In this document: piece by piece, positions 46,378 to 58,600 of the stretch | Layout: each line of letters begins with the position of its first letter | Position numbering within the stretch: the first letter of the stretch is position 1 | Origin: Octopus sinensis | Lineage: Eukaryota | DNA length: 64,000 nucleotides | Assembly: GCF_006345805.1 (NCBI RefSeq) | Contig: NC_042997.1 | Location: 155,620,001 to 155,684,000 of the forward strand | Reading direction: 5' to 3' | The notes under the pieces: generated by a model | The model's input: the letters and a program-made list of their open reading frames with translations, nothing else | What the model was told of the DNA's origin: nothing | Databases searched by the model: none | Made by a program: the position numbers and the translations under genes

Positions 46378-47866
46378 CATATGCATATATACGATGGGCT
46401 TCTTTCAGTTTCCGTCTACCAAATCTACTCACAAGGCTTTAGTAGGAGACACTTGCCCAAGGTGCCACGCAGTGGGACTGAACCCAGAACCATGTGGTTG
46501 GTAAGCAAGCTACTTACCACACAGTCACTCCTGCGCCTGTGATATCATTAATTAATTAATTGACTTACCTTATGTTCCATTACTCCATATTGAAGATGAA
46601 CAATGTACAGAAACAGGTTTGTACTTGGATAAGGAATTATATATAACTTTAAAAGATATACTTGAGACAACAAAGAAAAAAGAAGTTAAATGATTTTAAT
46701 ATGCTTTTTTCCTTTATACAAAAAAAATGCACAAAATAATAATTAAACTACTTATAATATGAAATACAAAAGTATCAATCACTGAGGTGAAAGGTTTCCA
46801 TTTCCACAACTTTGAGCCTAACATGGTTTATTCATAGATGTTGGTTGTGACATAGTGTATTTATAAATGTTAGTCCTTAAAAGGAACAAAAAGACCCCAT
46901 TAGATAAGTCACTCACCTCTTTGGAAGGAACACATACACGCGCACGCAGTATGACTGACTCTAGAAAAGTGAGGTTAATTAATGATGTTGATAGTTCCTT
47001 TATTTGCAGATGAAAAAGATACTCTGAATATTTATATCAGCAAAGAAAATTTTAATTAAATCAGTGACACAATATATTTATAGCCACCACATTACTTTGT
47101 TCTAACTTGTTTGGTTCAGCTTACACAAAAGGCTTAAGAAATTTTTCTTTCAAAATCAGTCTATTTCTATTTGCCCATCTAGAACAATATGAGTGGCTTA
47201 ACGTTTCTTTTAAAATCTTTCTTTACAATATCTCCTCAACCGTAAGTTTATTGAACTAACTATAACCTTGAACAAGCTGTCTGTTATAATAATAAAACCA
47301 TGCCAGCAAGGAAAACAGACAGTGAATGATGGTGATGATGATGGTGGTGGCTCTCATTATTATTATTATTATTATTAAGATGGCAAGCTGGCAGAATCAT
47401 TAGCACCCTAGGCAAAATGCTTAGGAGCATTTTGTCCATCCTTACATTCTGAGTTCAAATCCCACTAGGATCAACTTTGCCTTTCATCATTTTGGGGTCA
47501 ATGAAATAAGTACCAGTTATGCACTGGGGTTGATGTAATCAACTATCTCCTCCCTGAAAAAATTTCAGGCCTTGTGCTTATAGTAGAAAAGATTGTTGTT
47601 GTTGTTGTTGTTATTATTATTATTTTTATTATTATTATTATTATTATTATTAAGGCGGTTGAGCTGGCAGAATTGTTAGCACACCAGGCAAGATGCTTAG
47701 TAGCATTTCGTCTTTACATTCTGAGTTCAAATTCCACTGAGGTCGACTTTACCTTTCATCCTTTCAGGGTTGATAAATTAAGTACCAGTTGAGTACTGGG
47801 GTCAATGTAATTGACTACCCACTCCCCCAAAATTTCAGGCCTTGTGCCTTTAGTAGAAAGGATTAA

Positions 47867-47916
<50 letters not shown>

Positions 47917-47919
47917 TAT

Positions 47920-48860
47920 TTTCATTATCATCTTTCAATTCTGTTTACATGTCTTGCCAAATGTCTTCCTGACACCTAGGGCAGAGAAACGACTGTATAC
48001 ACTGGTAGGCCATTAAAATAAACACACCAAATTGTCCATTTACAAAATCATGCACTAGAGAAAAAGAGGAAGAAAGACAGAAATTAAAAAAAAATAAAAA
48101 GTAAACAAAGAAAATAAAGGGGAAAAGGGAAAGATAATTCACAGCAACAATGCTCTTCTTAATACATGTGACATACCTGTTAGGACAATCTTTTGCACTT
48201 CCTGTATGGATGGTAATCCAGGGATCATTCTTAAATAATTTACAGTTCCTTTTTTGATCATTCCAAGTGCTCCTACAATCACTGGTATTGTAACCATTTT
48301 GAGATGCCACATCTTTTTGATTTTGAGCAAATCTTTATATTTTCTGAGTGTATCAAATTCTTTTGCTGAGATATTATGGTCACAGGGTAAGCTCATGTCA
48401 ATCAATAAACAGACTTTATTGTTTTGGTCTTCCACAACAATATTTGGTTTTATAGTTTTGTCTGTATGTACGGGGAAGTCCCAAAGAATAGTTACATTTT
48501 CTCCCTCAGTTACAGCCTCAGGGTGGTGCTTGTACCATTTGTCAGCAGTTTTGATTTTATAATGCTGACACATTACCCTGTGTTGATATTGGCCAACTCT
48601 GTCATGTCTTGATTTGTACTCTACAGGTGCTAAAACTTTACATCCTGAGATCAGGTGGTCCTCTGTTTCTATCCCACTGTTGCAGTATCGGCACTTTGGG
48701 TCTACACCATTTTTCATCACATTGGCTTAATAGCTCTGGGTCAATAAGCTCTGATCTTGGGTAGCCAAGATAAAGTCTAAACTCTCTGCTTTTAGCCCTG
48801 AGCTCCATAGCCACTGATGGATGTGCTTCTGGTCTACATCAGCTTGTTTACTACAAGCCA
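47920..48860 (-). mobile_element. 5'-truncated R4/Dong-like LINE in a (TAA)n microsatellite
   Basis: CRYC..ETEDHLISGC (CCHC), RHDRVG, LWDFPVHTDKTIKPNIVV..LIDMS..K..KY, PVIVGALG. (att)n tracts on both flanks, consistent with the known TAA-repeat targeting of Dong. Confidence 0.88.
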
Positions 48861-49219
48861 AATATTTTTAGGATTATTATTATTATGAGTGACACTAGGG
48901 TAAAATATACAAAACCCAGTATACCCATCATGACTACTTGTCTGATAAGGGTGCGCCAGGAACATGCATCACAACCATCTGTGTGCAACATGGTGATCTC
49001 ATATCAAGATAAACAGCACATAATCTTGCAGGTGGGACCCAGTTAGAATTTTCTTCTGGTTGAATAACCCATCCTGCTCAAAGGGTCCCTGAATAAAGGT
49101 TGTTTAAAGATAATGAACAAAACACCCATGTTTCCAGGGGTGAATTATTCAAACCCCCAAAGAATTCCTCTCAACACATGACTATGATGCTCTCCTCCTA
49201 TTATTATTATTATTATTAT

Positions 49220-49272
<53 letters not shown>

Positions 49273-50637
49273 CTACTACTACTACTATACTACTACTACT
49301 ACTACTACTAAACTGTATCTAATTAAAGCTGATCATTTTTGTGTTTAAAGATAAAATCAACATGGCTTTAGTTAATCTCAAGACACACACCAGTGAAAGC
49401 ACTTAGTTTAAAGACAAGATTATACTGATCATTAATTATTCTCATCTATTTTATCAAGCAGAAACCAAAAGAAGTCTGTTGTGTGTATGTTCTAAGTTGT
49501 ATATTTACAACCTTTGTCGTAAGAATATTAAGTCATCTATGAATTATAAATTTGTACTCTTTTAACTCTTTTGTGGCCATGTTTAGTGAATTACTAAAAT
49601 ACATTGCATATATATTTCAATTAATTTTTTTTAAATAATCAAGAATTTGGAAGGATTTACTAAAATGATAACTTTTATTGTATTTTTATAACTAGCATTT
49701 GAAATATTACTTAAAAGTTTCTTACATATATAATTATGATTGAAGGAAATGTTTTTATTTTTAAGTATGATCACTTCAAAATCACATGTTGTACTTCATG
49801 GTACCAGGTAGAATTGCAAGTGGGACAGTATAAAAGCAATTAAACTCTATAGTATTCAGATTACTTTATCAAGTGTGCTTATTTATTCACAGTCTTTTGA
49901 ATTGATCAGGTATCTCATAGCTTTAAGATTTTGGTGATGGTAATGATCATTGCCATCATCATCTACATTTAACATCCGTTTTCCATACTGCTATGGGTTG
50001 GACAGGAACTGGCAAGGCCAAGGGCTGCACCAGATTTCATAATCTGTTTTAGCTTGGTTCCTATGGCTGGAAGTCCTTCCTAACACCAACCACTTTACAG
50101 AGTGTACTGAGTGTTTATTACATGGCACCAGTTCTTTTTATGTTGCACCAGCACCCACACCAATGCTTTTTTACATGGTACCTTGGTTTTAGGATCTCAG
50201 TTCTGTTGTGGTGGATAGATCTTCTTGAGTGCAGCAATGCACCACATATCTTGGTTCTCTGTCATCTCCTTTGTAAGATTCAGCATTTTTGATGATGTGG
50301 TTGTTTATTTAGCATGACATTGTAGGGTCCTATGTGAGAAACTGGATTCAGTCAGTTTGAATATTAAGCATGTAGAATATTTTGACTTGATGTGGCTAGG
50401 TTTAATGTGTATTTCTTGTTATTTTTTGTAATGATTTTTTACCTTTTGTTTTTAATACCTTTGAAATTTAAATATGTTTTCAGGCTATGACAGAAGTTAA
50501 AAGGAAGTTTGAAATATGACCAGTTTTTGGCTTACACCAATACAGCTTGAATTTAAGAATAACAGAGAGGCCTACAGTATACTTGGAAATTTTCCCAATA
50601 CTTCCAAAACTCTAAAAACCAAAGATTAAAAAATAAA

Positions 50638-50791
50638 GAGAAAGAGAGAAAAACCATGACATAAAACTGAAAGGTGTGAATTTGAAAATGATACGACAAT
50701 CTAATTTAACAAAAAGACTTTTGGTTCATTATAATTTGAACCGAAGTGAATATGTTTCACTTGTTACTGATATATGGTTAAAAAGACAAAG
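50638..50791 (+). CDS. Candidate upstream exon of the transmembrane gene (5' boundary uncertain)
   Basis: Strong donor caaag|gtacgt. The only open frame ends in phase 2, matching the phase-2 start of 53416 (..IWLKRQR|SRDAIW). It contains NLT and NRS sequons. No convincing acceptor was found. Confidence 0.35.
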
Positions 50792-51539
50792 GTACGTAAA
50801 TATCAGTAAATCGCTAGATATCATTTAAATTATATATGAGGTCAAATTACTTGTTAGAAATTCTTATCACTTCTTTTACCACCATCATCATCATCATCAT
50901 CAATGCTGATATGGGTTGCACAGATCCCACTGTGTTTCCCTATCAGTTGTAGTCACTCTGGTACACTCATCATCATCATTATTGTTTTAACATTCACTTC
51001 TCCACTTGCATGTGTGAGGTAGAAGTCACTTGCTCACTTTCTCAGTGGGATTGAACCCAAGACCACTGGGAATCACCTTCTTAACCATATAGCTATGCCT
51101 ACAAGAGTCATAGCTACTGTCCTCTCCTTCCCAGACTAAATTTTGTAAAATTTATTTTCTGAAAAGCTAAGATGACTCTTCCATGGTGCAATTGCTTCAT
51201 TTTCAATACACCATCTCACATGGTGTGCTGAACACTGAAATTGTAAAATGATCATAGTGCTTGAAAACTGTGTAAAGAAGTGCCAATTTCTAAATGTGGA
51301 GGGAACCTCTGGTAGGGGTAGACCAGGAAGACATGGGATGAGGTGGTGAAGCATGATCTCCAAACTTTGGGCCTCACAGAAACAATGACTAGTGATCAAG
51401 ACCTTTGGCGATATGCTGTGCTTGAGAAGATCTGTCAAGCCAAGTGAAATGGTAGTCATGGCTGATGCTGGTGTCACGTAACCATCATCTGGGCAGGTGG
51501 TGCAGAGTAGCAGCTGGTGCTAAGGTGGTATATCCAGGT

Positions 51540-52790
51540 TGTTGGCAGTCAGAGGCCTGAAATTTGCCAGAAGGGCATATCTCTGGTGACAGCAATATGA
51601 TAAATTGTATTTCTTGTTGATTGATACTGCGGGTTGTTGGAGGATATGCAGTTTTTCACGGAGGCAGAACTGGCAGTTGGGGGTGCCGGGTAAATATGGT
51701 GGGGCTCTATCGACAATAATTCACTTGATGCTGGGTATTTCATCTCAGAGATCATGGAGTCTCTAGAGAAAAAAAGACAGGGAAGTAGAGTTCTCTCTAT
51801 TCCTGGATCTGAACGAGTGCATATGCTGGGAGTACCTTCTCTTGAAGTCATTAGCTACCATACCCGTATAGTGCCTAGTAATGCCATCAGATGGTGTAAG
51901 GGTGGCTCTGTATACTACAGCTCTTGAGAGACAAGATCGTTCTAGAGGGCACATGGTGGGATTTCAGAAGTTGTAGGTTGGGGCCGGGAGTGATGTAGGT
52001 GCATTTTTATGACTGTTGATGTTAGATGTGATGTTGTCTAAGCAAGAGTAGCTCACCTTGACATTATGGGGGTTCAAGAGTTTATAATACTTAGGCCTCT
52101 GGAAGACCCTAATTATGTTGGTGGAAACTTCTAGATTAAAAGTGGGGTTATACCATATAATTTTCCTTCTCATAATCCTTTTGGGGTGGGGGAAGGGTGT
52201 TTAGAGGTCGTCCACATATGTGAGCTTCTCAGTAAACCCACTCCTCACCAAAGCATTATTGTAGTGAGGGGCAGCCCTTTTAAAGATCTTTCTATTAGCC
52301 AAGAGATTAGATAATCATTTGCTGATGCCTGGAACCAGGTTTCTAATTACTGTGGGAGGATGGTTTGAGCTCTTGTATATGTATACTGTATCCTTGTTAG
52401 GCTTCCTGTATGTTAATACTTTCCTGTACTGAGTTCTAAGATTACATCCAAGAAATCATCCGTAGTCAAGACAAGCTGAATTCCTTAAATATTTTTATCA
52501 AGTTCTTCCTGAACCTGTCCATGGTGTGGCTGTTCATATGGCTTGAGATAGCCAGGCCATTGTCCCTATAGATGTATAACCTGATGAGATCAGCGATTTC
52601 AGCCTCGTCAAAGCTCCCCATAGAGACTTTGAATAATGCATCACCTTCTTTTTTCACCCAGAATGAACTGTCGTGGGCCAGAATTGATTTTCTAGCATTC
52701 ATGATAATGCTGACGTCAAGATCACTAATTCTGGTGTATTGCTCAGCAAACGTTAGGGCCTTCAGGAAGAGGGGCTTAGATACACACACA
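51540..52790 (-). mobile_element. Degenerate Penelope-like element (RT + C-terminal GIY-YIG endonuclease)
   Basis: FKVSMGSFDEAEI..YRDNGL (RT), RRKIIWYNPTF..NVKVSYSC, then CPL..CL..VVYRAT..HYTGM..FKRRY..H..SF (GIY-YIG). Confidence 0.88.
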
Positions 52791-53415
52791 CACACACACA
52801 CACATACATTCATATACACATACTTATATATATATATATACAAAATTTAAAATTAAATAAGGGTAGAAATTGATATTAATCAATTAAAACCAGTGTTTTT
52901 AGATATGCTAAGCCACTGGTTTTAATTGATTCATATCAATTTTTACCCTTATTTAATTTATATATATATGATGATGATGATGAACTTTCATTCATAAAAT
53001 CTCTGCCAAAACAAACAGTAAAGCCCGATGCAATCTTCTACCTCATTAGCCCCTGTCAACCCTTCCAACTCATGCCAACAAGGAAAACACATTGAATGAT
53101 GATGGGCTTCCATACCATTTCTGTCTACTAATTTTACTGATAAGGCATTGGTTGGTCCAGGGCTATAGTAGAAGACACTTGCCCAAGGATTGAACCCGAA
53201 ACCATGTAGTTGCAAAGCAAGCATCTTAACTACACAGCCATGCCTGCTCCGAATCTGGCAATATTTGTCATAAGGTTTGAACTCATTACAAAAAGATTCA
53301 GCTGTAACTTTACAATCATTGTTTTGTATTTCACTTATTTTCCTGATGTTTTGTGTTTCATTTTAAATTCAGATTCTGCATTTTATCTTAATGTTTTTGG
53401 TCTTTTTTTCCACAG

Positions 53416-53564
53416 GTCACGTGATGCAATCTGGTCATTCCTTTGTGTAGTTTTCCTACTGGTGCTAATGATGTGGGGTGTATGGTATTATGGCCTTTGC
53501 AATCGTAAATCAAAAAGAAATTCTCACAACTTTGAAGACACATGTCATTATACCACAGTCAACA
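53416..53564 (+). CDS. Host gene exon encoding a transmembrane helix and start of the cytoplasmic tail
   Basis: Acceptor tctttttttccacag| and donor |gtaagg. Only one frame is open: SRDAIWSFLCVVFLLVLMMWGVWYYGLCNRKSKRNSHNFEDTCHYTTVN (hydrophobic stretch followed by basic residues). Confidence 0.8.
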
Positions 53565-54450
53565 GTAAGGTTTCTTTTGATATTCTCTTTAATTTTTTAC
53601 TCATCATATAGAACATCATCATCATCATCATTGTTTAACGTCCATTTTCCATGCTAGCATGGGTTGGACAGTTCGATCGGGGTCTGGGAAGCCAGGAGGT
53701 TGCACCAGGTTCCAGTCTGATCTAGCAGTGTTTCTACAGCTGGATGCCCTTCCTAACACCAACCACTCTGTGAATGTAGTGGGTGCTTTTTACATGCCAC
53801 CGGCACAGGGGCCAGGGGAGGCTGGCAACGGCTATGATTGGTTGGTGCTTTTTATGTGCCATCGGCACAGAAGCCAGTCAGGGCGGCGCTGGTATCAGCC
53901 ACGTTTGGATGGTGCTTTTTACGTGCCACCAGCATGGGTATCACAACTACATTTGATTTTTATTTTGATGTTGATGATGATGTACTTAACTCAATAGGTC
54001 TCCTCAAGCACAGCAGGTCACCCTAGCCAAGAAAAATAAATGTTTATAGGAAAAACACTATCACAAAATAATAATAATAATAGTTTCAAATTTTGGCACA
54101 AGGCCAGAAGTTTTGAGGTGGGGAGTCACAATTACATTGATCCCAGTGTTCAACAGGTACTTATTTTATTGACTCCAAAAGGATGAAAGGCAAAGTTGAC
54201 CACCACTAAACAATTTGCTTGGCATGCTAATGATACTGCTAGCTCACCACTTAAAGAATGATAATAATAATAATAATAATAATCCTTGGTGAGAGGGAAC
54301 TAGTCAATTACATCAACCTCAGTGTTTCACTAGTACTTAATTTATAAACCCCAAAAGGATTAAAGGCAAAGTTGACCTCAGAATGTAAAGACAAATAAAA
54401 TGCCACTCAGCATTTCACCTGGTGTGCTAACAATTCTGCTGCTTGCCACC

Positions 54451-54495
<45 letters not shown>

Positions 54496-55501
54496 GTCGG
54501 CGGCAGCAGCGTTTAACGTCCACTTTCCATGCTGGCATGGGTTAGACAGTTTAACTGAAAACTGGTAAGCCGGGGAGCTGCACAAGTTTCCAATCTGATT
54601 TGGCAAGGTTTCTACAGCTGGATGCCCTTCCTAACACCAACCACTCCAAGAGTGTAGTGGATGCTTTTATGTGCCATTGACGTGACACCAGCATTGGCCA
54701 TGACTATAATCTCACTTGGCTTGACAGGTCTACACAAGCATGGTATATTGCCGAAGGTCTCAGTCACCTGTCACTGTCTCCACAAAGCCCAATACTTGAA
54801 TGGTGATTTTTACAATAATTTCAAATTTTGGCACAAGGCTAGCAACTTCAAGTGAGAGGTAATTTGATTACATTGACCCCAGTGCTCAACTGGTACTTAT
54901 TTTATTGATCCTGAAAGGCAGCTTTTGAACTCAGAATGTAAAGTCAGAAGAAATGTCACTAAGCATTTTGTGCAGCTCAGTGATGATTCTGCCCGCTCAC
55001 TGCCTTAATAATGATGATGATGATGGTGGTGGTGGTGGTGGTGGTGGCGGGTTTTTTTTTTTCTCTGATCACCTAGTGTATTTAATATATAATTCACGTC
55101 CAATGATATAACATAAACATCAGTGACAAACATAACATTGTATGTTTTTCTCAATTATTGGTCATGTGATATGTTGTATGTTCTTTATATATTGTCACAT
55201 GATTTGGTCTGTCATCTGTGACTGAATTGTTGAGAAGACTTTAGTTGGCCTGGGGATTTAGTTGAAGGCATGCCCTTGGTGCCTTACAGTGGGACTGAAG
55301 AGAAACTATGAGGCTGAAAAACAAACTTCTAAATCACACAGCCAATACTTTTTTACTTCATTATTTGCAAACATAACTCAGTTTTATATTTTGGTTGTTT
55401 AACATGTAAGATTTAGTAAATTGAAATTAAAATTGAGTAAATGAATAATTAAACTTAATTTTTTTTTATCCCTCTCTCCATTTTTGTTTGCTTCCTGACA
55501 G

Positions 55502-55695
55502 AAGTCATCCAAGCCAAAGCCAAATTCCTTCCTATGTTTCAAAAGAAGGAGAAACCACACGTAGAAGTAATTGCTGACAATTCTTCATCTGCCGAGACTG
55601 ATTATGAAGACATGGATGGAAGTCAGAACTGCTTAACATCTAACAAAAGAAAAAAGAAAATGTCAAAAACATTCCATAGGAAATTTAATATCTAG
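55502..55695 (+). CDS. Terminal coding exon of the same gene
   Basis: Acceptor ttgcttcctgacag|. A phase-1 join gives KVIQAKAKFLPMFQKKEKPHVEVIADNSSSAETDYEDMDGSQNCLTSNKRKKKMSKTFHRKFNI*. AATAAA follows at ~55735 and ~55980. Confidence 0.78.
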
Positions 55696-58600
55696 TGTTA
55701 AACGAACTAAAAGTAATAGAATTTTCAGTATATTTAATAAAATTACATCAACAAGACCATCATACTGTTTATGAGAACTATGTAAGCAAATATCTTCCAG
55801 TTTTTACTTATTAGTTATGTATACTTTGGTATCTAGACTCTGAATTATATTTGAAATGAAGAGTATACTCCATTAAATGAGGTACCAAAATTATTGTCGA
55901 GAAATTTGTAGAAATATACCTGTGGATAATAAATATATATTTTCAATGTAAATTAAATTAAAATTTACCTTTTTTTAAGAATAAAAAAATGAAGATGTTA
56001 CTTTACCATGAAAAAGGTAAAGTGTTAAAAGTGTAAAATATTCTTTTGTATAAATATATTACAATTAAATTTGTAAATATTTTCTGTTATTTTTTAAGTA
56101 ATTCTGTCATACACACACACACACATATATATAAATATATATATATATACATATATATATGTGTGTGTGTATGTGTAATAATATGAGAGGTTTTGGTATC
56201 CAGGAGACCCAAAAGGCAAGTAAGGCTATGTAAGTACTACAGAAAGACCGCTGTTAAGCTCCCGGTTCAATAATAGTATGAGTGAGGAGTCTAATGTGGG
56301 TCATCTGTGAGCATGTATATCTTAAATAAAATGAGATAACAAGGCCAAGGCAGTGTGATATTTCTAGAACATTTATAAAGAGAAAGATAGTCTTACAGCT
56401 GTTTCAGGGATGTAAAATATATCCCATCATCAGAGACGATATGAGAGAGTTTCAATAAGAGGAAATAGTAGAGCTCATTATAGAAGAAGTTATTTTGGAA
56501 AGGGAGAGATACAGGAACTATAAAGGGAAATATGAGAATAATATTCATAAATGGTTAGAAATAAAATTATTTCTGAACCCTAAATAATGATTGGAAGAAG
56601 TCTGATATGGAGGTAAGATTTCTGATAGGGATGTTCCTGCCTGAAACTGAAAAGACAAAATACTGGTGTAGGTGAAATGACTAAGGGATAAATAAATAAT
56701 AAATGATCTGCTAATTTTGTTTTCAAGTTGAATATATATATATATATATATTGAGAAAACCAAAGGTCCCTCTCTGAGTGAGAGGAAGATTGTATAATGC
56801 ATGTATATGGACAGCAATGTCACATGGTAGTGAGACATGGGCCCTGAAAGCAGAAGACATGTAAAGACTAGAGAGGAATGAAGCTCGTATGCTCCGCTGG
56901 ATATGCAATGTCAGTGTAAATGTGCTAGTGTATTGAGGGAAAAGTTGGGCATAAGAAAAATTAGATGCAGTGTGCAAGAGAGAAGACTGTGCTGGTTTGG
57001 TCTTGTGATGCATATGGATGTGGAGAGTGGCATACAAAAATGCTGATCACTTAAAGTAGATGGAACTTGTGGAAGAGGGAGACCCAGGAAGATATGGGAC
57101 GAAGTAGTGAAGGTTGATCTCAAGACACTGAGCCTTATGAAGGGGATGACTAAGGACTGAGATATCTGGCACATTGCTGTACTCAAGAAGACCTGTCCAC
57201 CATAGCAGAATTGATACTGATGCTGGTTCTGAATTAAAAGCACTTGTGCTGGTGCCATGTTAAAAGCACTGGTGATGGTACCACATAAAAAGCACCCAGT
57301 ACATTCTTTGGAGTGGTTGGTGTTAGAGAGGGTGACCAGCTGTAAAAACCATGCCAGAACAGACAATGGAGCCTGGTGCAGCCCCTGGCTTACCAGCTCC
57401 AATCAGACTGTCCAACCCATGCCAGCAAAGAAAACAGTCGTTAAATGATGATGCTGATATACACACTCACACACATATATATTCTGAGTCATGATAATTA
57501 ATGAAGATTGGTAAAGCTTGCTAGTGCTGGAAATAGCTATCAAATCTGCCTCAAACTGCAACAAAAATCTTGTGAATCAATTTGTCAGACAGAAACTAAA
57601 AGCGTTCCATCCTAAGTATATGTAGATGTGTACATTTATCAATTGAATGCATGTTCATACATTTAAATGTTACCACAGCCAAAGATTTGATTTGGTATTT
57701 AAAGAAATAATGGACTGAGTAGAAGAGGATCTTGTTGCAAGAAGAAGGCTTAACTTCTATGTAACTATCATGCTTAAAAAGGTATGTCATTATTAAAAAT
57801 TGGTGTAAGGCATCAAGCTGGCAAAATTGTGAGCAGCTTCATTAAATCATATTACATCTGGCTAGATCTCCATTAACTTCTAAAATGTATGCCTTGAAAT
57901 GTAAAAGCAAGTCTCATTAAAATTACAAAATTAGTTGTTTTGAAGATAAAATGTTGAAAATGACCTCTAAGTAGAAAGTTATATTTGGCATTTATCTCTT
58001 CTGCTGGTATTTCTGTTAATCTCCACACCTCAATATTCGAGACCAGAACTATTTCAATGAAAGCTTTGAAGCAATGTAATTTTATCACACTGTGAACAAT
58101 TGGAGAAAGAACAACTGATACTTGTGAGTGCTTTCAGTTTGTTTTGTGCTGTTTCAATGCTGTGTGAACAATCAGAGAGAACATGTGCAGTTACGAAAAT
58201 GCTTGACCTTGTACAGTATTGTTGTAAATCTGTTTGAATACAATTTGAAGGACATCAAGAGTCAACAAATTTTATCTGAAATTCATTGTACAGCTGAGTA
58301 TTTTAACACAATGACAATAGAAAGAAGGCTTCCAATATTTAGTGGGGAAGAAAGAAGTAGGAATTTGTGGTTTTGCTTTCTCCAGAATATAAAGAATATG
58401 AAATGGCATCAACCACACATTGAGTAGAGACCAAGGGCTCAGTAGCATTTGTTTTACACTTTAAAAGTCATTCTTCGTTGATCTTAATCAATTTTGTTAC
58501 AGGCTTTATATCTTGTAGAAATGTAAAATGAAATTTCTGTAAATTATCTATTTTTCTCACATGTACCTGTAGATTACTTTCCAAATAGCTGTGAGGGCAA

